This document shows, in pieces, positions 7,893 through 16,386 of a stretch of DNA of 32,000 nucleotides; the stretch's first letter is position 1, and the number at the start of each line of letters is the position of its first letter. Made by a program: the position numbers and the translations under genes. The stretch comes from Rhodobacter capsulatus SB 1003. Lineage in GTDB: Bacteria > Pseudomonadota > Alphaproteobacteria > Rhodobacterales > Rhodobacteraceae. The notes beneath the pieces were generated by a model, which was not told where the DNA came from, made no database searches, and worked only from the letters and a program-made list of their open reading frames with translations. The stretch is taken from contig NC_014034.1 in NCBI RefSeq assembly GCF_000021865.1, positions 2,160,001-2,192,000 on the forward strand, given 5' to 3'.

Positions 7893-7924
7893 CAAAACAA
7901 AACCGCGCCCCGGGGGGCGCGGTT
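7893..7924 (-). terminator. rho-independent terminator of the rpsF-rpsR-rplI operon
   Basis: The minus strand reads AACCGCGCCCC-CC-GGGGCGCGGTT followed by TTGTTTTG, starting 25 nt after the rplI stop. Confidence 0.7.
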
Positions 7925-7948
7925 GCAACACTTCCCGGGGGAAGGGTC

Positions 7949-8521
7949 TTATTCGTCGTCCGAGGCCGCGGCGCCGACTTCGTCGAAGAGCTCGGCGATC
8001 TCGAATTCCGCCGCCGCATCGGCTTCCGCCGCCAGCTGCTGGATCGATTTGCCGGCCGCCTGGATGGCGGCTTCTTCGGCCGAACGGGCGACGTTGATGG
8101 TGATCGTCGCCTGGACTTCCGGGTGCAGGATCACGTGCACGTCGTGCAGACCGAGTTCCTTGATCGGGGCTTTCAGCGCCACCTGACGCTTGTCGACCGA
8201 GAAGCCACCGGCAGTGGCCGCTTCGGCGGCGTCGCGGGGCGTGACCGAGCCGTAAAGCGCCCCGGCGTCCGAAGCGGAGCGGATGACCACGAACTTCTGA
8301 CCTTCAAGCTTGGCGGCGGCCGCCTCGGCTTCTTTCTTGGTCTCGAGGTTGCGGGCTTCCAGCTGCGCCTTGCGGGCTTCGAAGCTCTTGATGTTGGCGT
8401 CGTTGGCGCGCAGCGCCTTGCCTTGCGGCAAGAGGAAGTTGCGGGCGTAGCCGTCGCGCACTTTCACCACGTCGCCCATTTGGCCCAGCTTGGCCACACG
8501 TTCCAGAAGGATGACTTGCAT
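7949..8521 (-). CDS. rplI: 50S ribosomal protein L9
   Basis: [40 protein letters not shown] is the canonical L9 N-terminus. Confidence 0.95.
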   Translation of the reverse strand: MQVILLERVAKLGQMGDVVKVRDGYARNFLLPQGKALRANDANIKSFEARKAQLEARNLETKKEAEAAAAKLEGQKFVVIRSASDAGALYGSVTPRDAAEAATAGGFSVDKRQVALKAPIKELGLHDVHVILHPEVQATITINVARSAEEAAIQAAGKSIQQLAAEADAAAEFEIAELFDEVGAAASDDE

Positions 8522-8533
8522 GTTCAGGTCTCC

Positions 8534-8761
8534 TTACTTCACGGCGTAGGGCAGCAGGGCGAGGAAGCGGGCGCGTTTGATCGCCTGCGCCAGTTCGCGC
8601 TGTTTCTTGGCCGAGACGGCGGTGATGCGGGCGGGAACGATCTTGCCGCGCTCGCTGATGTAGCGTTGCAGCAGACGGACGTCCTTGTAGTCGATCTTCG
8701 GTGCGTTATCGCCCGAGAACGGGCAAACCTTGCGGCGACGGAAGAAGGGTTTGGTAGCCAT
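8534..8761 (-). CDS. rpsR: 30S ribosomal protein S18
   Basis: The 75-aa product contains [51 protein letters not shown]. Confidence 0.95.
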   Translation of the reverse strand: MATKPFFRRRKVCPFSGDNAPKIDYKDVRLLQRYISERGKIVPARITAVSAKKQRELAQAIKRARFLALLPYAVK

Positions 8762-8778
8762 GGGTCACTCTCCTCGGA

Positions 8779-9213
8779 TCAACGACGCTCGGGACGCGGG
8801 CCGCGATCTTCGCGGGGGCCACGGTCGCCGCGCGGGCCACGGTCGCCACGATCGCCACGATCGCCGCGCTCTTCGCGGTCGCCACGGTCGTCACGCTTCT
8901 GCATCTGCACCGAGGGGCCTTCGTCATGGCCGTCGACCTTGATGGTCAGCACGCGCATCACGTCGTCGTGCAGACGGGCAAGACGCTCCATCTCCTGCAC
9001 GGCGGCCGAGGGCGCGTCGGTGCGCAGGAAGCCGTAATGGCCCTTGCGGTTCTTGTTGATCTTGTAGGCCATGGTCTTCACGCCCCAGTATTCGGTGCCG
9101 AGGACCTTGCCCCCGTTGTCGCCGATCACGGTCGAGAAGTGTTCGATCAGGCCTTCGGCCTGCGCGTTGGAAAGGTCCTGACGCGCAATGAGGACATGCT
9201 CGTAAAGCGGCAT
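8779..9213 (-). CDS. rpsF: 30S ribosomal protein S6 with an Arg/Gly/Asp-rich C-terminal tail
   Basis: [15 protein letters not shown]... starts at the ATG at 9213, after AGGAG. The tail reads [38 protein letters not shown]. The track start at 9243 is an extension. Confidence 0.93.
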   Translation of the reverse strand: MPLYEHVLIARQDLSNAQAEGLIEHFSTVIGDNGGKVLGTEYWGVKTMAYKINKNRKGHYGFLRTDAPSAAVQEMERLARLHDDVMRVLTIKVDGHDEGPSVQMQKRDDRGDREERGDRGDRGDRGPRGDRGPREDRGPRPERR

Positions 9214-9342
9214 GTAGGCTCCTGTTTCACAAGGCGGCTTCATAGGGGGCCAGAACTTCCGCAGCCCACCACGAGAGGCGTCGCCGGTTCATGTCATCGC
9301 GGAAGTGAGGGGCTGATAGCCGCTCCCCCCCCGCGATGCAAG
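9214..9342 (-). promoter_or_regulatory. rpsF promoter and structured 5' leader
   Basis: On the minus strand, CTTGCA (9342-9337), an 18-nt spacer and TATCAG (9318-9313) make a possible -35/-10 pair. The leader contains the 8-bp inverted repeat ACTTCCGC (9306-9299) / GCGGAAGT (9262-9255), which encloses 36 nt. Confidence 0.35.
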
Positions 9343-9372
9343 CGAAATCCCCGCCGCTGGCCCCGGTTGCCA

Positions 9373-9582
9373 TGACCGAGGCCATCGCCGAGGTCACGCG
9401 ACACATCTGCCCCGTTCCGGTCGGCGGCCCGGAGGCCGCCGGCCAGCGCCCGCCCCGCCCCCGGCGGGCGCTTTCGCGCCGCCCGGGGCAGGCGCCGGCC
9501 TCTGTCTCGTGTGGGGACACGGTCTTGCAACTGCGTTTCGCAGCGGGCGGGGAAAGGCAATGCCTTTCCCTCTCCGCCCGAA
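9373..9582 (+). repeat. ~215-nt GC-rich structured intergenic repeat, copy 1
   Basis: It aligns along its full length with 28349-28564 and 30449-30664. The shared head is TGACCGAGGCCATCGCCGAGGTCA. The shared hairpins are AGCGCCCGCC..GGCGGGCGCT and the nested CGGGCGG-GGAAAGG..CCTTTCC-CCGCCCG. Confidence 0.85.
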
Positions 9583-9592
9583 GCAAAGGTCG

Positions 9593-10483
9593 TTATCTCC
9601 GCCCCGCCAGCACGATGCCGCCAAGGATCAGCCCGAAACCGGCGGCATGGTAAAGATGAAGCGGTTCATGCAGGAAGGCCGCCGAGAGGATCGCGCCATA
9701 GACCGGCAGCAGGTGGATGAACTGCCCCGCCCGCGCCGGGCCCGCCATCTCCACCGCCTTGGTATAGAATAGATAGGCCAGAACCGAGGGCACGATGCCG
9801 ATATAGACCAGCGCCCCGATCGAGGCGGGCGTCCAGACCGGCACCCGGCCCGAGCTGATTTCCCAGACCAGAAACGGCGCCAGGATCGGCAGCGCCAGCG
9901 CGATCTGCACCGCCAGAAGGCCGATCCGGTTCACCTCGGCCGGGAAGGTCTTCAGCCCCATCGTGTAAAGCGCCCAGGCCACCATCGCGGCGAAGATGAT
10001 CAGATCGCCGCGCGCGAAATCGAGCGCCGCCGCCCGTTCCCATGAGCCCTGCAAGATCACGACCGCCACCCCAAGCGTCGAGACGATCAGCCCGAGGATC
10101 GCCCAAAGCCCGAGCCTTTGCCCCCAGAAGAGCGCCCCCAGAGCCATGATCAGCAGCGGAATGGTGGAATTCAAAAGCATCCCGTTCGTCGCGGTCGAGG
10201 TCTGCAGCCCCCAATAGACGAGCGAGTTGAAGGCCGCGACGCCGGGCAGCGTCAGAAGCAGGATGCGCCCGAAATAGCGGCGGTAAAGCGGCCAGTCCCG
10301 GCGCAGCCAGGGCCAGGCAAAGGGCAAAAGCGCGATCAGCGCGATCGACCAGCGGCCAAAGGACAGCGCCACGGGCGGCCACTCGCCGCGCGAGGCCCGC
10401 GCGACGATGAAGTTTCCAGCCCAGAACAGGGGCGGCAGCGCCAGCACCGCCCAAAGTTTCCAGCCACCCTTCGTCTCGCCCAT
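9593..10483 (-). CDS. EamA/DMT-family transporter (about 10 TM)
   Basis: MGETKGGWKLWAVLALPPLFWAGNFIVARA... is hydrophobic throughout with a duplicated EamA-like layout. The ATG at 10483 follows AGAGGAGG. Confidence 0.85.
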   Translation of the reverse strand: MGETKGGWKLWAVLALPPLFWAGNFIVARASRGEWPPVALSFGRWSIALIALLPFAWPWLRRDWPLYRRYFGRILLLTLPGVAAFNSLVYWGLQTSTATNGMLLNSTIPLLIMALGALFWGQRLGLWAILGLIVSTLGVAVVILQGSWERAAALDFARGDLIIFAAMVAWALYTMGLKTFPAEVNRIGLLAVQIALALPILAPFLVWEISSGRVPVWTPASIGALVYIGIVPSVLAYLFYTKAVEMAGPARAGQFIHLLPVYGAILSAAFLHEPLHLYHAAGFGLILGGIVLAGRR

Positions 10484-10556
10484 GCCCGCCTCCTCTTTGC
10501 CCTTGGTTTGGGCCGAAATGAGGGCGGGGGCAAGAGGGCGGAAGCAAGGGGGCGGG

Positions 10557-11942
10557 CTATTCGGCCGGGGCCAGCCCGCCCGAAAACGCCTCGCGTCCAA
10601 GGCCCCGGGCATTTTCAAAGACGTCCATGCTTTCAAAGACATAGTCAAAGAAGCTGCGCTGCGTCTCGACCTCGATCTCATAGATCTCGATCGGGGCAAA
10701 GCGCGGATCGCGCAGGATCCCCGCCGCAATCCAGCGGTTGACCATCAGCATCCGGTCGCGCTCGGCGGCATAGATGCCGTTGAACGAGACCTCGGTCTTC
10801 ATGTCCTCCAGCGCGAGCTTGCTGTCGGGCAGCGGCCCCAGCCATTTGCGGTTGACCGGCCGCACCACATGGATGGTGCGCGCGCAGGAGAGTTCCGACA
10901 AAAGCACCGGCCGGTAATAGGCGCCATCGAGCGCGCCGAAACCGCCCTCCGGACTGCCCTCGAAGCCGTATTCGTAAAGCCAGAGCCCGTCGGCGCACCG
11001 CCTGCGGCGTGATTTCGGTGTAGATCGTGCGGCTGCGCAGCTTTTGCGCCCGCCGGGGGCGATTCCCAGCTGTGCCAGCGCCGAGGGGTTGGCATGGACA
11101 TATTCGACCCCCTCGCGCGGGTCGTAGGCGTTGAACAGAATGCCGATCCCGGTGGCGTTGAAGGCTTGCGCGATCTCGGCAAAGAAGCTGTCGGGGAAAA
11201 GCGACACCAGCGTGCGCGCCGGGGTCAGGCTCATCATCTCCTTGAGCCAGAACACATTTCCCCCCGCGCGCGAAACCGCATCAAGGCTGCGCGCAAGGTT
11301 TTGCATGACGTCGAAGGGCCATTCGAAAAGCGAGGGCCGGAACACCCCGCTTTTGCCGAACAGCGCCATGTGCATCAGATCGGCGTCGCGCTGGCCAAAG
11401 GGCTGCAGCGTCTCGATCTGCTCGGCCAGATGGGTTTCCAGGCTTTCGCCGCCCGCAAGCGCCTGCAGATAGCGCCAGACCCAATAGATCTGCCCCGAGG
11501 TGCAGGAAATCATCCGCGGATGCACGCCGCCTTCGAGCGCCGCCTGCAGAAAGCCCGCCCCATGCGCGTTGTTGCCCGCAAGCCCGCCAAGCGCAAAGGC
11601 CACCTCGGTTTCCGAGGTCCGCGTGACCTTTTCCACCACCGGCTCGGCGGCGGGTTTCGGATCGGATGCGGGTTTCGCGGCCGCTGCGGGTTTCGCGGCC
11701 GCTGCGGGCTTCGGCTTTGCCGCGGCGTCCTTGGCGGCAGCCCTGGCCGCTTCCGCCTTCGCGGCCGCGTCCTTGGCTGCGGCCTCTTCCCGCGCCTTGG
11801 CCTCCTTCGCAGCCGCGTCCTTGGCCGCGGCCTCCTTTTCGACGACCTCTTTCGCGGCCAGATCGGCGCCGGTTTCGGTCGGCGCGGCCGGGCTGGCGGC
11901 CGCCTCCGTCTGCGTCTGATCCTTCGGTGTCGGCTCTTCCAT
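10557..11942 (-). CDS. patatin-like/hypothetical protein with an Ala/Lys/Pro-rich N-terminal region
   Basis: LGGLAGNNAHGAGFL, ISCTSGQ and ALDGAYY resemble the patatin G-G-x-R/K, G-x-S-x-G and D-G-A motifs, but only loosely. The ATG at 11942 is preferred; the track start at 11957 is a TTG. There is a local frame anomaly at 10992-11059. Confidence 0.6.
   Translation of the reverse strand: MEEPTPKDQTQTEAAASPAAPTETGADLAAKEVVEKEAAAKDAAAKEAKAREEAAAKDAAAKAEAARAAAKDAAAKPKPAAAAKPAAAAKPASDPKPAAEPVVEKVTRTSETEVAFALGGLAGNNAHGAGFLQAALEGGVHPRMISCTSGQIYWVWRYLQALAGGESLETHLAEQIETLQPFGQRDADLMHMALFGKSGVFRPSLFEWPFDVMQNLARSLDAVSRAGGNVFWLKEMMSLTPARTLVSLFPDSFFAEIAQAFNATGIGILFNAYDPREGVEYVHANPSALAQLGIAPGGRKSCAAARSTPKSRRRRCADGLWLYEYGFEGSPEGGFGALDGAYYRPVLLSELSCARTIHVVRPVNRKWLGPLPDSKLALEDMKTEVSFNGIYAAERDRMLMVNRWIAAGILRDPRFAPIEIYEIEVETQRSFFDYVFESMDVFENARGLGREAFSGGLAPAE
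11668..11703. repeat. tandem 18-nt repeat inside the patatin-like CDS
   Basis: GCGGGTTTCGCGGCCGCT occurs twice perfectly, flanked by degenerate units. It encodes (AAAAKP)n. Confidence 0.8.
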
Positions 11943-12080
11943 CGCATCCCCCTGCAAGCATGCACACCCGGTTTCCCCCGCCGGGCGCCGATTCCGGCCC
12001 GGCGGTGATCTCGCATAGGTTGAGTGTATCGCTGCTTTGCAGAAAAGTCACCTTCGCAGTTGCAGCATCTGCAGGCGCTT

Positions 12081-13478
12081 TCAGCCGACCAGCGCCTGCA
12101 CCAGCCGCGCCAGCCGGGCCGAAAGCTTGCCATAGGGCGGCATCAACGGGTCAAGCACCGCAAAACGGTTCTCAAGCACCGGTTTTTCATGGGAAAAGGC
12201 TTGAAAGCCCCAGCGCCCGTGCGCCGCGCCCAGCCCCGATTGGCCGATCCCGCCAAAGGGCAGATTGAGATGCAGGAAATGCGCAAGCGTCACATTCACC
12301 CCCACCGCGCCCGAGGTCGTGGCGGCGCAGATCCGCGCAATCAGCTTCCGGTCGCGGGCAAAGACATAAAGCGCCAGCGGCTTTTCCCCCGCCTCGATCC
12401 CGGCCAGAACGGCGCCCAGATCATCATAGGCGATCACCGGCAGGACGGGGCCGAAGATCTCCTCGCGCATGAGCGCGGCATCGGCGGGCACATGCGTCAG
12501 CACCGTGGGCGCAAGGTAACGGCTGGCGGCCTCCGCCTCGCCGCCCGTGATCAGGGTGGCGCCATGGCCGACGGCCTCGGTGACCATGCCGCGCACGCGT
12601 TCGAAATGTTTCGCGCCAATCAGCCGGGCAAAACTGCGCGAGGCCTGCGGGCGGGCGCCATACATCCGCGCGATTTCCGCCCGCAGCGCCTTGGTGAACC
12701 CCGCCTCCTGCGCGCGGGGGACGAAGACGTGATCGGGCGCGATGCAGGTCTGCCCGGCGTTCTGAAACTTGCCCCAGGCCACCATCCGCGCCGCCTTTTT
12801 CAGATCGGCATCGGGGCCCAGGATGACGGGCGACTTGCCGCCCAGCTCCAGCGTGACCGAGGCGAGCGTTTTCGCCGCCGCCGCCATCACCACCTTGCCC
12901 ACCGCGGGCGAGCCGGTGAAGAAGATATGATCGAAGGGCTGCGCCAGAAGCGCGGTCGCGGTCTCGACGCCGCCTTCAACCACCGCCACCAGATCTTCGG
13001 GCAGGCAGGCGGCAACGATCTTTGCCACCAGCGCCGAGGTGGCGGGCGCCAGTTCCGAGGGCTTCACCACCGCCGCATTGCCCGCCGCGATCGCGCTGAC
13101 CAAAGGCCCCAAAGCCAGACACAGGGGATAGTTCCAGGGCGCGAGGATCAGCACCGTGCCTTTGGGTTCCGGCCGGATCGTCGCGCGCGTGCCGATCATC
13201 GAGAGCGTCGGACGCACCCGCCGCACCCCCGCCCAAGCCTTCAGATGCCGCGAGGTATGGCGGATTTCCGACAGGATCGGGATGATTTCCGAAATCCGCA
13301 CCTCGACCGCGGGCTTGCCCAGATCGGCAGCCAAGGCCGCCATGATCTCGGCCTCGCGGGCGCGGATTTCGGACGCCAGCCGCTTCAGCACCGCACGGCG
13401 CTTTTGCACGGTGAACTCGGTCCGCCGCCGGGCATCGCCCGCCCTCAGACGCGCAAAGGCCTCGGCGGCGGGGCTCAT
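12081..13478 (-). CDS. NAD(P)+ aldehyde dehydrogenase (class-3/coniferyl-aldehyde DH-like)
   Basis: Motifs seen are APWNYP, VTLELGGKSP, the catalytic-Cys region NAGQTCIAPDHVFV, and EEIFGPVLPV. Confidence 0.9.
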   Translation of the reverse strand: MSPAAEAFARLRAGDARRRTEFTVQKRRAVLKRLASEIRAREAEIMAALAADLGKPAVEVRISEIIPILSEIRHTSRHLKAWAGVRRVRPTLSMIGTRATIRPEPKGTVLILAPWNYPLCLALGPLVSAIAAGNAAVVKPSELAPATSALVAKIVAACLPEDLVAVVEGGVETATALLAQPFDHIFFTGSPAVGKVVMAAAAKTLASVTLELGGKSPVILGPDADLKKAARMVAWGKFQNAGQTCIAPDHVFVPRAQEAGFTKALRAEIARMYGARPQASRSFARLIGAKHFERVRGMVTEAVGHGATLITGGEAEAASRYLAPTVLTHVPADAALMREEIFGPVLPVIAYDDLGAVLAGIEAGEKPLALYVFARDRKLIARICAATTSGAVGVNVTLAHFLHLNLPFGGIGQSGLGAAHGRWGFQAFSHEKPVLENRFAVLDPLMPPYGKLSARLARLVQALVG

Positions 13479-14317
13479 GCCTGCACCACGACTTGCCGCT
13501 GCGACCCGAGCCCGGTGATGCCCAGCTCGATCACATCGCCCGCATGCAGGAATTTCGGAGGCCTCGATCCCATGCCGACGCCGGGCGGCGTGCCGGTGGT
13601 GATGATGTCACCGGGCTCCAAAGTCATGAACTGGCTGAGGTAATGCACCAGAAACGCCACGCCATAGACCATCGTCGCCGTCGTCCCGGTCTGCCGCCGC
13701 ACGCCGTTCACATTCAGCCACAGATCCAGCGCCTGCGGGTCCTTGATCTCGTCCTTGGTCACGAGCCAGGGCCCCAGCGGCGCGAAAGTGTCATGGCTCT
13801 TGCCCTTGACCCATTGCCCGGAGCGCTCGATCTGGAAGCTGCGTTCGGACACGTCATTGCAGATCATGTAGCCCGCAACGTGATCCATCGCGTCCTCGAG
13901 CGTCACATATTTCGCCCGCGTGCCGATCACGAAGGCCAGCTCCACCTCCCAGTCGAGCTTCTCCGAACCGCGCGGCGCTTCCACGTCGTCATCGGGCCCG
14001 CAGATCGCCGAGGTCGCCTTCATGAAGACCACGGGCTCGGGCGGCACGGTCAGCCCGGCCTCTTCGGCGTGATCGGCATAGTTCAGCCCGATCGCGATCA
14101 GCTTGCCCACGCCCGCCACCGGCGCCCCCAGACGCACCCCTTCGGGAATGATCGGCAGCTTGCCCGCATCGGTCCAGAACAGTTTCGACAGGCCCTCGTC
14201 GCTCAGCGCCTTGCCGTCGATATCACGCACCACGCGCGACAGATCACGGATCGTGCCGTCGACGTGCAGGAGACCGGGCTTTTCGGCGCCCCTCTCTCCA
14301 TAGCGAACCAGTTTCAT
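13475..14317 (-). CDS. fumarylacetoacetate hydrolase (FAH) family protein
   Basis: MKLVRYGERGAEKPGLL... continues to GLNYADHAEE..., ELAFVIG and GDIITTGTPPGVG. The ATG at 14317 follows GGGAG. The stop overlaps the ALDH start (ATGA at 13475-13478). Confidence 0.88.
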   Translation of the reverse strand: MKLVRYGERGAEKPGLLHVDGTIRDLSRVVRDIDGKALSDEGLSKLFWTDAGKLPIIPEGVRLGAPVAGVGKLIAIGLNYADHAEEAGLTVPPEPVVFMKATSAICGPDDDVEAPRGSEKLDWEVELAFVIGTRAKYVTLEDAMDHVAGYMICNDVSERSFQIERSGQWVKGKSHDTFAPLGPWLVTKDEIKDPQALDLWLNVNGVRRQTGTTATMVYGVAFLVHYLSQFMTLEPGDIITTGTPPGVGMGSRPPKFLHAGDVIELGITGLGSQRQVVVQA

Positions 14318-14396
14318 TCCAACTCCCGATATTCCAATCTGCCGTCTCGTCGCTTCGGCCAGACGCACAATCTGCGATAGAGGGCCGGGACAGGGC

Positions 14397-14424
14397 AAGA
14401 GAAAGCCCGGGGTCCGCCCCGGGC
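14397..14424 (-). terminator. rho-independent terminator after the sugar ABC operon
   Basis: The minus strand reads GCCCGGGG-CGGA-CCCCGGGC followed by TTTCTCTT. Confidence 0.6.
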
Positions 14425-14451
14425 AAGGTCCGATGCTTTTTGTCGCAGGGC

Positions 14452-15231
14452 TCAGGCGGCCTCGGCCCCCTCGGGCGCCTTGGCCCCGGTCATCAGCGCC
14501 ACCGCATCCGACATCGAGTGGCTTTTCGGGTCGATGACGCAAAGCCTGCGCCCCAGACGGTGGATATGGATGCGGTCGGCGACCTCGAAGACATGCGGCA
14601 TGTTGTGGGAAATCAGGATGATGGGGATGCCGCGGGCCTTGACGTCCAGGATCAGCTCCAGCACGCGACGGCTTTCCTTCACCCCCAGCGCGGCGGTGGG
14701 TTCATCAAGGATGATCACCTTCGAACCGAAGGCCGCCGCCCGTGCCACCGCGACGCCCTGTCGCTGCCCGCCCGAGAGCGTTTCGACCGTCTGATCGATG
14801 TTCTGGATCGTCATCAGGCCAAGTTCCGAGAGTTTTTCCCGCGCGAAGGCCCGCATCCGGCCGTGATCGAGCGCCCGGAACAGGCTGCCCGCGATCCCGG
14901 GCTTGCGCAGCTCGCGGCCCATGAACATGTTGTCGACGATCGAGAGCGCGGGCGAAAGCGCCAGCGACTGATAGACGGTGGCGATCCCGGCCTCTTGCGC
15001 CTGCATCGGCGCGGCAAAGCGGACGGGGGCGCCATCAAGCCGGATCTCTCCGGCATCTGGTTGAACTGCGCCGCACAAGGCCTTGATCAACGTCGATTTT
15101 CCCGCGCCATTGTCGCCGATGACGGCAAGGATCTCCCCCGGCATCAGATCGAAATCGGCATGATCCAACGCGGTGACCTTGCCATAGCGCTTGACCAGCC
15201 CGCGCGCGCTCAGAATGGGTTCGGGGCTCAT
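14452..15231 (-). CDS. sugar ABC transporter ATP-binding protein (single-domain, CUT2, FrcA-like)
   Basis: Walker A is GDNGAGKST, the signature is LSGGQRQ and Walker B is IIILDEP. The start overlaps the permease stop (ATGA at 15228-15231). Confidence 0.9.
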   Translation of the reverse strand: MSPEPILSARGLVKRYGKVTALDHADFDLMPGEILAVIGDNGAGKSTLIKALCGAVQPDAGEIRLDGAPVRFAAPMQAQEAGIATVYQSLALSPALSIVDNMFMGRELRKPGIAGSLFRALDHGRMRAFAREKLSELGLMTIQNIDQTVETLSGGQRQGVAVARAAAFGSKVIILDEPTAALGVKESRRVLELILDVKARGIPIILISHNMPHVFEVADRIHIHRLGRRLCVIDPKSHSMSDAVALMTGAKAPEGAEAA

Positions 15232-16301
15232 TGCGACACCTTCCTTATCCATTGGTCGATCGCGACCGCGACGATGATCAGCCAGCCGATGGCGAAGACC
15301 TGCCAAAGCACATCGACATTGGCGAGCCGCAGCCCGGATTGAAACACCCCCACGATCAGGGCGCCGAAAAGCGCCCCAAGGATCGAGCCGCGCCCGCCGA
15401 ACAGAGAAATCCCGCCCACGACGACCGCGGTGATCGATTGCAGATTGCCCTCGTAGAACGACTGCGGGCTGATCGAGCCGACCCGCCCGATCGAGGCCCA
15501 GGCAGCAATGGCGCAGATGAAGCCCGCAAGCCCGTAGACCGACAACAGCACCCGGTCGGCCTGGATGCCCGCCAGTTCGGCCGCCTCCTTGTCGTCACCC
15601 ACCGCATGGACATGGCGGCCCCAGGCGGTCTTGTTCAGCAGGTACCAAAGACCCAGAAAGACCGCGATCATCAGCAGCGAGCCATAGGTGATCTTCGCGC
15701 CCGCAAAGGCGAAGCCCTCGCCCCAGAACTTGAGCAGCGGCGCCGCCTTGTCGATGTCCTGGCTGCGGATCGACTGCGCCCCCGAAAGCCACAGATTGAG
15801 CGAGAAAAAGATCGACCAGGTGCCCAAGGTGGTGATGAAGGGCGGCAGCTTCACCTTGGTGATCAGAAAGCCGTTCGCCAGCCCCGCCGCCGCCCCGCCC
15901 GCAAAGGCGACCGCCAGCGCCAGCACCGGGGGCACGCCCATGTAAACCGCCAGATTGCCCGCGATCACCGACATCAGCACCATGATCGCCGCCACCGACA
16001 GGTCGATCCCCGCCGTCAGCACGATCAGCGCCTGCGCCGCCGCCAGAATCCCGATGATCGAGACCTGCTGCAGGATCAGCGACAGGTTCAGCGCCGAAAA
16101 GAACCGCCCCCCCGCGACGATGCCGAAAACCGCGATCGCCGCGACCAGCACGATCACCGGCACCAGCGTCGGATTGCCGTGCAACAGATGCTGCAACCGC
16201 TCGACCGGGCCGCGCGTCGCGGTCTCGAACTGCGCCACGCGCCGGTCGCTCGCCTCCAGCCCCTGTTCGAACGCCTGCCCCTTGCGGGCCGTTTCGGTCA
16301 T
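15228..16301 (-). CDS. sugar ABC transporter permease (CUT2, ribose/fructose type)
   Basis: The 357-aa product is multi-TM, with an LNLSLILQQVSIIGILAAAQ-type N-terminal core. The ATG at 16301 follows GGGAGGGAGAG. Confidence 0.9.
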   Translation of the reverse strand: MTETARKGQAFEQGLEASDRRVAQFETATRGPVERLQHLLHGNPTLVPVIVLVAAIAVFGIVAGGRFFSALNLSLILQQVSIIGILAAAQALIVLTAGIDLSVAAIMVLMSVIAGNLAVYMGVPPVLALAVAFAGGAAAGLANGFLITKVKLPPFITTLGTWSIFFSLNLWLSGAQSIRSQDIDKAAPLLKFWGEGFAFAGAKITYGSLLMIAVFLGLWYLLNKTAWGRHVHAVGDDKEAAELAGIQADRVLLSVYGLAGFICAIAAWASIGRVGSISPQSFYEGNLQSITAVVVGGISLFGGRGSILGALFGALIVGVFQSGLRLANVDVLWQVFAIGWLIIVAVAIDQWIRKVSQ

Positions 16302-16323
16302 GCTTCTCTCCCTCCCCCGAATA

Positions 16324-16353
16324 CGAGAGAGGCGGTGCCCCGCCTCCCTCTCG
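16324..16353 (-). promoter_or_regulatory. intercistronic stem-loop between the binding-protein and permease genes
   Basis: CGAGAGAGGCGG-TGCC-CCGCCTC(CC)CTCTCG forms a 12-bp stem with a 2-nt bulge. Confidence 0.45.
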
Positions 16354-16386
16354 TCTCAGCCGGCCTGTTTCAGCCCCAGCATTGTT

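Noticed and set aside
8790-8900. Periodic GGTCGCCACG / CGCGGGCCACGGTCGCC repeats that look array-like.
   Set aside because: They lie inside the rpsF reading frame and encode its RGD/RED-rich tail. There are no unique spacers of CRISPR size.
9336-9653. Similar-looking ORFs through the 215-nt repeats (MTEAIAEV..., MSGRGPKA.GQRPPRPRRALLAR...), which could suggest a small protein family.
   Set aside because: Indels between the copies shift the frame, so the same nucleotides encode different peptides in different copies. Only copy 1 has an ATG at the conserved head; copies 2 and 3 have CTG and TTG. No SD is present. The substitutions preserve hairpins, not codons.
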